From the NCBI GenBank assembly GCA_003990765.1, contig RBNJ01000251.1, positions 1 through 35,430 of the forward strand: a stretch of 35,430 nt of DNA, in the 5' to 3' direction. The notes beneath the pieces were generated by a model. That model saw only the letters and a program-made list of their open reading frames with translations. It made no database searches and was not told the origin of the DNA. A program made the translations under genes and the position numbers. Of the stretch, positions 1 through 11,906 are shown in pieces. Each line of letters begins with the position of its first letter. Within the stretch, counting starts at the first letter, position 1. The stretch comes from Jimgerdemannia flammicorona. Its lineage: Eukaryota.

Positions 1-1
1 C

Positions 2-27
2 AATAAAAATCCATAGAGACTTGCTTT

Positions 28-68
<41 letters not shown>
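2..68 (+). repeat. AATAAA signal (2-7) plus 37-nt poly(A) tail (32-68); probable 3' end of a retroposed element lying upstream of the window
   Basis: AATAAA about 25 nt before a pure A37 run that abuts LINE ORF1-like sequence. Confidence 0.7.
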
Positions 69-71
<3 letters not shown>

Positions 72-3050
72 ACCAGGTCTTTAGAGGAGATCTTAAAGTC
101 TGGACTGATAGTTGGAGAGATAGCAGTCCTAATAATATGGTACTTATGATGGAACTCAAGAGTGGTTCAGCTTTTGAAAAAAGGGATATCTATGATAACT
201 ACTATTGAGATAAGGAGAAGAGTAGAGGAGATTATGGCAGAGTATAGCAATATAGTAAATATTAAATTTTGGGTCTAGGAGGGGACCTTCTTCTGAACTA
301 ATAATGTAGATATCCAGATTAGGCTTGCTGGGAGAGAGACTATCAGAAAGACTCAGAACTGGTCTTTAGTAATAATGTAGGATACCTTTATCTATAAGAT
401 AATGAGAATAAAAAAGAGTGAGAAGTAAAAGGAGGAGGAGGATCTGTTGGTGACACCAGAGGATCTCAGTGAGATAATAGAGTATTGAGTAGTAGTGTGG
501 AGGATATATGTGGCTTTAATATATTTGAAGATATTCAATGGAAAGTATATTTGAGTAGATAAGCTTATTGTAAGAGAAAGCTCAGAGGAGGAAGTAGTAA
601 AGAGATCTGCTAGCAGAGTTGATAGTAAAGCTAATAACTGGATCTGAGGAGGGCTTGGGGGGGGGGGTACTGATAAGTATTTGGACTGCTGCTGGAGTAG
701 AGAGGAAGGTGGAGAGTACTGAGGAGAGCAGAGAGGTAAGGGATAAAAGACTCTATGATGATGGTATGCTAGAAGTCTGGAAGGAAGAGGAGGAATATAG
801 AGTAAGGATCAATACTTCAGTACTGGGAGCTGGTAAGGATATAGAGATGAGGAGTACTTACAGGATTTGGTTTAGGATATCTAATATGGCAAAGAGAGAA
901 CAAGTGGTTGACATTGAGAAGGGTTGAAGAAGAGGAGGCTATTGTAGAATATAGACTAGACTTGGTATAAGAGAAGATGAGAATAGAGCTATAAAGAGAT
1001 TGAGACTACTATAATATTATTTATTATAAACAGTATAACTAATATTTTCTTACTGAATGTAAATAGTTTATAGGGTTCAATGAGATATTAAAAACATTTT
1101 GCTTGACTGAGATAAGTGGACACTGATATTTTCTTATTATAGAATATATACTATAAAGGAGATAGAGATAGATAGATATGGATATAGAAATAGAGAGATA
1201 TGGTAGGATAGAAGAGTAAGGTTGGAATTTTAGTATGAAATACTAGGAGTGAGCTTTGTGAGGTTAGAGGTTAGGATGACCAATTGGTTTGGAGTGAGTG
1301 ATAGAGGTCAGAGTAGGAGCTGGTGGTTGTTAGCTCTTATTATTGTCTTACAGTTAGAGACAACTATATTGAGTAAATGGAGGGCCTTCATGAGAGTACT
1401 TGCTGAGGCTAGTGTAGATATACTTAGTGGAGACTTTAATATGATATAAAATATGCTATTGAATAGAACTAATAGAGAGAGGAGTACTGGGGGCTATAGT
1501 AGTAGTCTGAATATCTGAAAGAAGATAGAGTATCTGAGCTCTTTGGTGAATACTAGTAGAGTACTATAGAGTGAGAGTAGGGTTTATACCTATTGAGTGA
1601 ATGGACTTGAGACAAGGATTGACTGACTGCTGACTGCTGACTACTGGTGTATAGATGTTTGGAGAGATCTGGAGATTGAGTAGTGTCTATAGTCTGATCA
1701 TTGTGAACTACTGGAGTGTAGTCAGTTTGGAGAGAGTGGGGATGGACATGGATATTAGTGTCTCAATACTTTCTTACTAACTGATAAGGAGCTATAGGAG
1801 ACTTTGGTAGAGTACATTGGTTGAAGATTGGCTACTGAAACTGTGAGAGGTCCTAAGTAAGAGTCTACTGAATTAAATTAAAAGTGATAACAAGGATATA
1901 TTGGAGTAAGGCTGAAAAGTTTTGAGAGATACAGTGGTGGTGATAGGTGCAATAGTTCAGTAGATTGAAGAGACTATAGTTAGAATGTATAAGTATGTTG
2001 GGACAGATGACAGTAGATAACTGATGACCAAAAAGAGTTCAGAGAGAGATAAAGGAGTTGTGGAGGTCATTAAGAGAAAAAGAGGAGGCTCTGGTACAGA
2101 GAATAGTGGCTTGACTATAGAAGTAGAGACTTGAGAAGAGAGAGTGACCTACTAAGTATCTGATTAGACAATTTCAGATGAGAAGGCTGAGATAGTAGTG
2201 GGAGGGAGAGCTTGATGAGAAGGATACTCTAGTGAATAAGATACAGCAGATTTTGGATTCTCTGAAGGATAGATGGAGTGGTCTGTAAAGTAAGAAGAAA
2301 GAGAATATAGATATGAGACTATTGGACACTTTCTGGAGATTTGGCACCCCCTGGTTATAGAGGGTCTTGGGGACCTGGTTTTGCTGGTTTAAGAGGAGAT
2401 TATGAGGGTCCTATCAGTAATGAAGCTGGGTATGGTCTCTGTTGAGGATGACCTGACATGGGACTTCTAGACGAAGATATTAGAGGTACCAGAGGTATTA
2501 GAGGAGATAGCTGCACTTTGTGACTTTATTCTCTTAACTAGAGAGTGAGTTGGGGGTCAGAATCTTGGCCAGATAGTGCTTGTTTATTAGAACTAGGGTA
2601 GGAGGGAGGATTGGAAAAACTGGTGACTGATTATACTCCTGGATATAGATAGGAAGTTGATCATAAAGATAATAGTTGTGAGACTGCAAAGAGTAGCTCA
2701 GCAAGTACTGGACACTGAGCAGAGGGAATTTGTTACTGAAAGACTCATCAGAGATAAGACTGCCTGAGTCTATAGTATTATTAAAGAGGTCAGGACTTAT
2801 GGGCTAGATGGACAGTTGGTCATTTTGGATCAGAAAAAGGCTTATAACTATATTTTGTATATCTAACTAGAGAAGGTATTAGAGAGGATTGATGTCTCTA
2901 ACCATTTCTAAGTATCTATAATTAGATTATTAAAGGAGAGTCAGGTGGCTATTATATGTAATAAATATTATAGTATCTCATTTATATTGAGTAAAGGGGT
3001 TCCTGCTATCTCTAATTCTGTATACTTTATCATTAAAGTCTTTGATAGAG
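69..3050 (+). mobile_element. Degenerate L1-clade non-LTR retrotransposon (LINE copy 1), incomplete at both ends
   Basis: ORF1 remnant homologous to copies 2 and 3, ending ...KMRIEL* at 994. ORF2 has APE endonuclease motifs (IFLLNVN at ~1043, SGDFN at ~1426-1440) and RT motifs (KNW*LIILLDIDRKLIIKI at ~2614, LDQKKAY at ~2825). Purine-rich and almost CpG-free. Confidence 0.85.
1026..3050 (+). pseudogene. LINE ORF2 remnant (APE endonuclease + N-terminal half of reverse transcriptase)
   Basis: Motifs GDFN, SDH, NWxxIxLLDxDxKL and DQKKAY, with many in-frame stops; breaks off at the degenerate LSPILY-equivalent motif. Confidence 0.8.
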
Positions 3051-3699
3051 GTAATGTAAAGAACAGTAGCATACAAATGAATATTACTATATTGCAGAGA
3101 ACCAGATATATCAGATTGACCCTTTTAACAATTATATTCAGAATAAACTAGAAGTACAAGCAATACAAGATAGTACAGAGCAATCTATATATACATATTT
3201 ATATCTTTTAAGGGTTCAAACAAAAACTGGTACTGCAATGATCTGGCCAAAAAGGATAATGAATACTGCTCAAGATATGCAACATATCAGCAAAACAAAA
3301 CAGCAGCTCTCTCTTCTGACAGAGAAAGAAAATGTCAAAAGTGATATGATCTGATGAATCACACTTATGAACAAAATACAGCTCATTGTGCTGGAGCTTA
3401 ACAGAATCAGGAGTATCATATAGCTGAGCAAGTGACAGACACTGCATATCATGCTAAAGTTTGACAGAACCCAGGATATTATACAGCTGAGCAGGTGATA
3501 AATACTATGCAAAAAATAGTAGTATATATGAATAAATATTACCATCTTTTAGAGAACCAGATGTGACAGATTAGCTATTTCAATATTCATATTCAGAACA
3601 AACTTAATGCACAAGCAATATAAGATGAGGCATAATATACCTATCCACTAAGTATTACAGATCAGTTTAATGAACAAGACTGTATCTGTATTTATAACT

Positions 3700-6444
3700 A
3701 TTAGAAAAAAGTCCTAAATTTTCTAGATAAAGATGATGTCACTTATGCTGTCTGTGGGCAGCTATCATCTTAAGAATTGTGCAATGATTGAAAAGTAGAA
3801 CAACTTGTGAATTATAAACATTTACTGAAGCATTATATAGTACTTCAATATATATCTTATATATATTTCAACTATAGTGAAGGAGCAGATAAACTGGACC
3901 AGGCAGTGTTTGATAATGAAGGATTTATCAGAAACAGAAATAATATTATAACAGATATATATATATATTTGCAAACCCTGCACTTCTGCCCTCTATAGAA
4001 ATACCACACCTAGACTGATACTTGTAAATGGGCTCTGGGTTAGACATATGCCTGAGGAGTTTTGTGATTTGACATAGGCTGAGGAAAAGCTCATTGCTCT
4101 TACACATATATCAATCAAGATTTTCAAATACTATTCTCACTCTATTGCCAATGATGAAGCTATTTAGTGAGCAATCTACAGCAACATCATTATATTTCCA
4201 GCTGATACACATATTGTCAAGATACTACCACTCTCAGTTTAAAAGCTTTATGATCTCATCAAGGTGATCTTCATTGAAAAAAATAAATCATCCAAAGCAA
4301 TCATTGGAAAGATTTTTCTTGTACAAAAACAACATATGATTGATGCTCTAAAATGGCTTATTATGAACAATTTACTTTATAGAGAGATAGAACCAAATAA
4401 TGACAATATCAATACTCTACCAGACAATAGTATCTCCAATATACTCTATGATACTATCTCTGTTGGTGAAGACAAACAAGTCCATGATGCTGAGCATACA
4501 AGTTATGCAGTACTAGATTTGTTTAATATTGAGATAAATAATAATGAACTTGGATTTAATACTGAAAATAATGATGACATTAGACTGCACCTTCTATATA
4601 AGCAAAACCTAGGAAGTATGAGTACTTTCTTGGACCAGCAGCAGCCTGTTTCCAATGTTAACTGTGATGAAGATATATACATCATTGAAGGTGAAGCCAG
4701 TGGAATGACAGATACTAATGGCTCAGAAGTTATAATTGCTGAATGTTACCTCAATATCTTTTGTGCTCTATTCAATCGAGATAATGTAAACATCACATAT
4801 AAAGACCCAAACCTTATAGGTGAAGTAGAAACAGATGCATCACTTCAAGTTGGCTATGGACCAATATCTTTACTAAAGTACAATAATCTGAAACTGTTAA
4901 TGATGGCTTTTCCAACACTTTTCCCATATGGTGTTGGTAGCTTTGAAGAATTAGATTATACCTTCAAGGTATCATATCAGGCTCAGACTAAACATACTTT
5001 ATGTCAAGCATTACAGACCTTTACTAGACACTTATCTTTCTTCTTTGTTGTGCTTAATATTCTTCAGTGTTAGAGCATCTGTCATGAGGCCTACATTATG
5101 GTACAAAATGAAGATCTCTAAAGCAAATAGGCTATACTAACTAGTCTCATATTGAATGAGATGAGAATTGCATTATGTGCTGCTGGCAATTACCCACAAC
5201 AGTATATGGATGATCTATATATTGCTGAACTGCTCAGGGAGGTTAACATAGTAGGAAACTCTGTATCTAGTTCATAAGAAGAGCTCAGTATTTAAAGAAA
5301 TGAGATCTGGGCTCTAATGATCCAGAATGGTGCATCTCAATTCTTCATTACTATCAATCCTGCAGATATCCATAGTTCCATTATGCTGAAATTTGCAGAT
5401 AAACATTTCAATATAACAAGACTTGTATTTTCTGATGTTATCTATCATACTTAAGTAGTTGTCCGAGATTCTATTGCCTAAGCTCATTTCTTTAATTTCA
5501 TTATCAGAATATTTGTTAAGGATATTTAAGGATATGGCAATGGAGGGGGTGTCTTTGGTACTATAAAAGATTACTTTGGAATTGTTGAGACACAAGGGTG
5601 ATGTTCATTGCATATTCATATGATGGTGTAGATGGTAGGTGGCATCAATCCTACCACTATACATGAGTGAATACAAGATGATCTCATATTCCAATGATGT
5701 GTTCTTGACTATCTACAATATGTCATTCTATCTGATTTCGAATTTCCCATTATTGGAGCTCTTAGTGAACCTTCTGCAACTACTGTAAATAACCATCAAC
5801 TGCATAATAACATAGATATTAATTATGAGGATATTTTAGATGATTCAAAACAGTATGGTCTACCAGAGGAGATATATCTACTATACAAGATCCCAGACTA
5901 TCTTGAGGAATATATTCTGTATATATGGGATTTGCAGATGTGGACTGATGTAGTTAATGTTATAAGTCATATAAACATTTATTTCTACAGCCAGACCTGC
6001 AGAAAGAAAGAGACTCAATTTCACTTTCATATACTCTGAGAGAAGCTACCTTCAATCTAGAGATAGGTATAATCATAAACAAGTATCTTCATCTATGGGT
6101 TATTAACTTCAACTCATTCTATACTGTATTTTGCCAGTGTAATCATAATGTGAAGGCCTTATTCACATCAGGATTCAAGTGCCTGTCCTGCCTCTACTAT
6201 GTTATAATGTATCTGACAAAAGGTGGCTTGAAATGTTCAAATAAGTATGCAGTAAATACTGCCATACATGATCTTACCAAGTAAGGATTATATACTAGTT
6301 CAGATCTCTCAAATTAATTCTGGTGCCTACTCACTTGAATTTTGAGTATCAAAAACAGTATGCAGGAGTTCTCAGGTACACATACTGCTAACATCCACCT
6401 ACATTATAGAAACCAAGAAACACATTATATATCTATAATGTTTG
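3700..6444 (+). mobile_element. Helitron Rep region, degenerate, 5' part (left boundary uncertain, may extend to ~3055)
   Basis: (C)AVCG at ~3745; CKPCTSAL..P...NGLW...PEEF.DLT.AEEKLIA at 3970-4100 (DUF6570-like); AFPTLFPYGVG at ~4905; HUH Rep motifs FFITINPAD (5341), VETQG..SLHIHMMV (5584-5630) and YYVIMYLTK (~6195-6221). Confidence 0.85.
4264..5073 (+). pseudogene. Longest open segment of the Helitron Rep/helicase polyprotein
   Basis: ALKWLIMNNLLY and MAFPTLFPYGVG motifs typical of fungal Helitron proteins; flanked by stop-interrupted continuations. Confidence 0.75.
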
Positions 6445-6679
6445 TCAATGTTTTTGCCATAATGTCGATCTACGCTAGGGAGGCATAACTATACTACGTT
6501 TTTCGTAATGTCAACTATGCTATGCTCACGTGATGTCAATCTTCATGATAAAAACACCAATAACCCTGTGTCACCGAAATGACCATGCATCACCCCGAAA
6601 TCCTAGGAAAGAAACCTCAAATAAATGATCGATTGTTCTGTATTTGGGTGGAAACACACGGTATAAAAGACTGGCCCAA
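6445..6679 (-). repeat. Split direct repeat B2 (235 bp), copy of 6962-7196
   Basis: Direct alignment by eye; about a dozen differences, all transitions. Confidence 0.95.
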
Positions 6680-6713
6680 CCACTATGTATATATATGTAG
6701 GATGAGGTGGGTG

Positions 6714-6962
6714 GTAATGAAATGCATACGAATGTACGGAAGCGCAAAAGCGTAAGTGTAAAGCGCGTACAAAGTAATGTTGGGTGAATGGTAGAATTAC
6801 ATATAGAAGTAATGCGCCTACCGCGCTAGTACCAAAAAAGGAAAGACTACACCTGATTTAGAAACGCCTTAGACAAACAACGGCATTGAAACATTTTGGG
6901 TGCTATACGCCTAAGACCTTCCTGCATTCATTAACCTGTGGTCTCGAGCGAGCCCCCTCATT
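6714..6962 (-). repeat. Split direct repeat A2 (249 bp), copy of 11907-12155
   Basis: gtaatgaaatgc...ccccctcatt is present at both positions. Confidence 0.95.
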
Positions 6963-7196
6963 CAATGTTTTTGCCGTAATGTCGATCTACGCTAGGGAGG
7001 TGTAACTATACTACGTTTTTCGTAATATCAACTACGCTACGCTCACGTGATATCAATCTTCGTGATAAAAACACCAATAACCCCATATCACCGAAATGAC
7101 CATGCATCACCCCGAAATCCTAGGAAAGAAACCTCAAATAAATGATCGATTGTTCTGTATTTGGGTGGAAACACACGGTATAAAAGACCGGCCCAA
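6962..7196 (-). repeat. Split direct repeat B1 (235 bp), abutting A2
   Basis: tcaatgtttttgcc...ggcccaa, matches 6445-6679. Confidence 0.95.
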
Positions 7197-7376
7197 ATGT
7201 TATATATAAAATGTTTGGGATGATGATGTGTGGCAGTGTGAGTTGGCAGCGCCGAAAGAAAGAACTCGGCCCAAATGAAGTAAAAAGGGGGTTATGGATG
7301 TGGAAATGTGAGCAGAGTAGATGATAGAAAGGCGCTGAAGGCTTAATAGAAAGGCCACGCCCAATGTCAATGATAT

Positions 7377-7741
7377 GGCTGGTGTCGTGAGCCGCGCAGT
7401 TAAAACCGAGGGCAGGTGTCACGAATCGTGCGACAGCCAAGGAGCTGATTTTAATGAACCCAGCGATCGAGGGATAGAACTGGTGTCGTGAGTTACGTGG
7501 GGGTCCGAGTAGGCTAGTGTCGCGAGCTGCGCAATAACGAAAAGAAGGAGGGCTGGTGTCGCGAGCCGCGCAATGTCGGAAAAGGTTGGTATTGCGAACT
7601 GCATGGTGGCAAGAGGCTGAGGTGGGTGGATTAAAGGCTGGTGTCGCGAGCCGCGCGGTGATGTAAGGCCGATGAGGAGAGATAAAGGCTGGTGTCGCAC
7701 GCTGCACGGGACCCGGAATAAGCTGGTGTCGCGGGCTATGC
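7377..7741. repeat. Array of nine 21-bp repeats (consensus GGCTGGTGTCGCGAGCCGCGC) separated by unrelated 12-46-bp spacers
   Basis: Copies start at 7377, 7411, 7478, 7512, 7551, 7584, 7636, 7687 and 7721. Confidence 0.9.
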
Positions 7742-7767
7742 GGTAGAAAAAAAGGAACGGGAAATCG

Positions 7768-8775
7768 TTAACCACAAGTAATATGAGTAACAGAACAAGT
7801 ATTATGAGTTAACGAAGCCCGAAGGTGGAGAATATGAGAAATAGGCATGTGAATATAGCCTTTAAATGCCATGCTCTCCCACCGACCCAATATCTGAATC
7901 TCGTAATCAGATAAACCGGCCGCAGCGGCATCGGATGTTGCACCAATCCGAAAACTATGCCTGGCGTAAAGAAGCGGATTCAGACCAATCCGTGGAAGTA
8001 ACACGTGAAGACGACTAATGAGATAGGCCCGAGAGAATGATCGATTCGTGGAATGCCAGAACAGAGGGGTGTCGGGTGGGGCTGGGTGCGCCAGGTAAAG
8101 AAGGCGAAGTAAGGATACAACGCATGGCGCGGCAGGATCCGTTTTGGCAATAAAAAGTGTTGCACCCTGGCGAAACGGGTCTGTTTTAGAGGCTGGCAGG
8201 GTGAGCGTAATATGGGTGGGGTCAGCAATGCTAGGTTGAAAGACCACAGAGCCGCGGGACAGCTGGGAAATGGGATCGAAAGACCCGTCCCACGTAAATT
8301 CGCCGGAGCGAAGAAAGCTGATGTATGCAAGCGACATCGTGGTCGCAAGATGCAGATTGTCATAATCAGATAGCCGAAGCAAACTGATAAGACTGCGAAG
8401 AATACCGAGCGTGATAGGAAGCCGAGGTCGAGTTGGGCATATGCCTAGCCACCGCTTCACGCCACGCATCACTCGGGGAAGTTGGTGAAGACCGATGAAC
8501 GGATCGGCAAAACCGGAGTTGATGTGTAGAGAACGAACGGCTGAGAGGTAACGTTTGATTGTGGATAGTTGAAGCCGTTGCAAGGCCAAGCTACAGACCC
8601 ACCACATTAGCACCAGTTCGGATGCGGGCAAAGGCCCGCCGGAGGCATGATTACTGCCGTGGAGATTGCAGAATTGGAAGAAGCTGTGTTGTCCCGAAGA
8701 GTATGAGCAGCGCGTTGATTTTGCCAGTCCGAACCACAAAAAGAAGGCAACAACGGGTGGAAGTGCGGAATGCAA
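7768..8775 (-). CDS. Tyrosine recombinase of the Ngaro element (335 aa, uninterrupted)
   Basis: STIKRYLSAVRSLH (N-terminal binding domain), FLRSGE (R), SKTDPF (K), HSFRIGA (HxxR), LGRW (W), FKGYI (Y). Confidence 0.92.
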   Translation of the reverse strand: MHSALPPVVAFFLWFGLAKSTRCSYSSGQHSFFQFCNLHGSNHASGGPLPASELVLMWWVCSLALQRLQLSTIKRYLSAVRSLHINSGFADPFIGLHQLPRVMRGVKRWLGICPTRPRLPITLGILRSLISLLRLSDYDNLHLATTMSLAYISFLRSGEFTWDGSFDPISQLSRGSVVFQPSIADPTHITLTLPASKTDPFRQGATLFIAKTDPAAPCVVSLLRLLYLAHPAPPDTPLFWHSTNRSFSRAYLISRLHVLLPRIGLNPLLYARHSFRIGATSDAAAAGLSDYEIQILGRWESMAFKGYIHMPISHILHLRASLTHNTCSVTHITCG

Positions 8776-10448
8776 ACGATACCAATCGCGGTCAGGAGCG
8801 TCTGAGGGTAAGGGGCAAGACGACGGAAATGAGGAAGATCAGCATGGGATAAAGCATCAGCAATGCCGTTATCAGATGTTAAGATGAATATGGCGTGAAG
8901 TTGAAAAGCGTGATGTGCCATTTGAAAATAGAGTTGGCAGAGAAGTTCCAGCAGAAGAGGGTTGCGTGAAGAGCCTGAGTTGATAATAGCAATGACCACC
9001 TGATTATCAGAATGAAGCAATATACGGTGAAAACGCTATTGAGCGCCCCAGGTAGCAGCGGCAGCGACCATGACATAAAGTTCCTTGAACTGAATGTCGC
9101 GTGAGGCTATATCGGGAGGCCAGGGAGCGGAAAACCATTTGCTATTGAAATGTGCACCAAAGTCTTGGATCCCGCTGGTGTCCGTCCATAAATGTGCATC
9201 AGGCTCGTGGAACCATGCCACCGGATGTATAATGGAAATACCATTCGAGTGGGGTAGGAATTCGAGCCACTAACGAATGTCGGCGTAGAATTCCTCATTC
9301 AGTGAGATATGGAATGAGGCGTTGCCGGAAAGAAGGTCGATAAACCGCCGCAGGAATGGGCAGCCCGGCGGAATGATTTTACAGGCAAATGCCAAGGAAC
9401 CAATAAGAGACTGCAGTTGAGGGTGTGTACATAACGTGTGCGATAGCCACTGCTGAAGGGTGGTGAGCAATGTGTCAAGCTTGCCAAGAGGCAGGCGGGC
9501 TTCCATAGCCATTGTATCCAATTCAATGCCCAGAAAGATGAGTGACATTGTCGGGCCTTCGACCTTGCGCTCTTGAATCGACCAGCCAAGATGACGACAG
9601 ATGTCAAGAAGTAAACGTAGGTCGGAGAGGGCAAACGGCCGGAGCGGTGGCGAAACGAGGAGAAAATCGTCGATGTAGTGGATGAGCGCGCATATGTCGT
9701 GATGGTGGGCGATCCATGCGAGAAGTTCCGCGAAAAGGTTGAAAAGAAATGGTGATGAGGATGCACCAAAAGGAGCGAACCGATCGAAATAAAACTGCCC
9801 CAACCACTCGAAACCCAGCAACTCCCAATCCGTAGGATGGATGAGAATATGACAATATACATCGGCGAGGTTGACCTTTGATAGAAGACATCCCTGGCCA
9901 AAATGATGAACCAAGTCCAAGGCCTCGTCGAACTTAATGTAAGAGAGCCGGAAGGCATCAGTATCTATGCCGGCATTTACCGAATCGCCGTGACGGGGCC
10001 AAGAAAGGTCGTGAATACGATGCCATGCGCTATTAGAATTCTTTTTCGCGACGGCACCGAGAGGAGATGAGCGAAAGCATTCGAACAGAGGGGATGAGAA
10101 CGGGCCACAAATTCTACCGGCGGCGACTTCCCGCTCAATGTCAGATGTGATCGCTTCCGGGTGGTCAAGAGCTGAGTGATGATTATAGGACAGCAGGCAC
10201 CGACGAGGCCCATCAAAGCCGAGAAGAGCACCTTAAGTAATAGCGGCGATGGCAGCCTGAGCTACCTGTGGGGCAGGATACAACTGGAGCTCACGCGCCC
10301 ACGCGACAGGGCGAAGAGCAGAAGAAGGAAGAGGAAAATGACGTAGAATGTCTTGAGCAGCTTCGTTGAGAGGGGCGGTAAATGGGCGACAGAGTAGGGT
10401 ATTTGGGGCGGCCGGGGGTATGTTTAAAGAATAAATGGGGGCGAGTTC
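8607..10448 (-). pseudogene. pol: Ngaro reverse transcriptase + RNase H
   Basis: One frame: LRPVAWARELQLYP, SSPLGAVAKK, RIHDLSWP, APFGASSSPFLF, HYIDDF, FLGIELD, WTDTSG, IQFKEL, SDNQ, NGIADALS. In-frame stops at 10233, 9270 and 9036. Confidence 0.9.
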
Positions 10449-11900
10449 CTAGGGGCGAGACGATGGATTGTGGGAGCATCGATACCATGGATGATCACCA
10501 TTGCAGTGAGAGCAGGAATGCACATAAGGGCATCCTTTTCTATTGCACCCAGGATCCTTCATGGGTGATCCATCGAATAGAATGCTGTTGTATGCCCGAC
10601 AAGTAGACCGTTGAGAGGCTTTCTTGGTAGATGGAGCGGAGGAGCCATCAGTAAGACGTAGCCCCCATGGTATGTTGCGAGACTTGAAGGGCTTAAGTGG
10701 ATTAGATGTAGAGGTCGGAGTTCGCGGACGTTGATGTAGACTAAGGATCATAAAGAGGTCGGGGTCGCGCCGGGCCCAGTGCTCGCACCATACCAAAGAA
10801 ACACCATTGTTCGCGATCTCCGCCAGTCATTTTGTGTGAAAGGAGACATGATAATCGAGAAGCGCGGACCAATATGATGACGTTGATAGTAAAATAAAAT
10901 CCACGGCGTATGAAAAGAATGGAGTAGGATCGGTGAGGCCCGGGTACGCGTCATGAAGAACACTGAAATACGTAAGCAGGGCAGCGAGGAAAGCAGGGAC
11001 ATCCGGAAGATCTTTGATAAGGGATGGCGGCTTTCGAAGAATGATCCGGGCACCCGATTCGTCAAACGTTTCGATGAATTGAGCGTCAGGAAGACCACCA
11101 ATAGAAACGACGTTTCGCTCCAAGAAACGGCTGAGCGACATGGCGGTGAACGAATTGTCGACGACCGCGGCCAACAGCCGTTGATTAACGTGGGCGTATT
11201 TTAACGAGAGATTGATGCCTTGGACAATGGTATGGGCAGAGACGACAGAAGGAGGTATAGGGATAGACTCACCCTGGGGATTACCGGCAGGGCCGTGAAT
11301 GCCGGTGGACCGAACCGAAGGGATAGTCAGTAAGGGCTGAGATAAGGATGGGGATGCGAGAACCGCCGAAAGAGAGGCAGTAGTGCAATCGATAAAGGCT
11401 TGATCGATGATGGGAGACGCGTCCTGACCAGAAATGGCAGGAACTGCACTAGCCGGTGCCGCCGAAGTTACGATGTTGGGGTGAGAGCGTAAGAGCTGAA
11501 AAAGTTTGTCGAACTGATGGTCTTGCACGGATGTATGCTCTTGGAGCTGAGCAACACTGGCTTCGATGAAAACATCAGAGGCCGGTATGCTGAAGAAAGC
11601 TGGTCCGGCCGCCGTAGTGCTAGCAGGAGCCTTGGATGCGGCATGCACCAATAGATGCATGATTCGGCGGGGTGCGGAAGTAGAGTGATTAGGGAGGGTG
11701 GCGAGATAATCCACGAGGATAGCAACATCGGGGTTCTCGCTATCAGATTCCAGGTCGTCTTGCAGAAAACGGAGCACATGCTCGATGAAATTAACGTCCG
11801 AGCGGAAAGGGCAGGTGGTGGAGCCCAGGTCATATTGGCCCTTCGACATATGGGAAGGGTCATATCGATACAAAAGGCAGGAATTTGCGGAGAGGACCAT
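10449..11900 (-). pseudogene. gag: Ngaro gag-like ORF with C-terminal Cys/His zinc finger
   Basis: ORFs 10827-11900 and 10449-10796 are in frame, split by one TGA (probably ex-CGA). Ends in CRAYN..C....C.Y.H.C..C...H....C. Confidence 0.85.
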
Positions 11901-11906
11901 AGTAAT

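Noticed and set aside
657..668. Poly-G runs (also ~19791-19801 and ~35380-35388)
   Set aside because: Simple homopolymers in G-rich LINE sequence with no further support for function
3208..3545. Hydrophobic minus-strand ORFs
   Set aside because: No recognisable motif; lie in decayed AT-rich sequence next to the Helitron
7377..7741. Calling the array a CRISPR
   Set aside because: Eukaryotic retroelement context, no cas genes, and spacers too short and variable (12-46 bp); reported as an unexplained array instead
7120..7775. ORFs 7120-7707 and 7419-7775 as extra Ngaro genes
   Set aside because: They are translations of the GC-rich repeat array; the repeat occurs in different frames, so coding is unlikely
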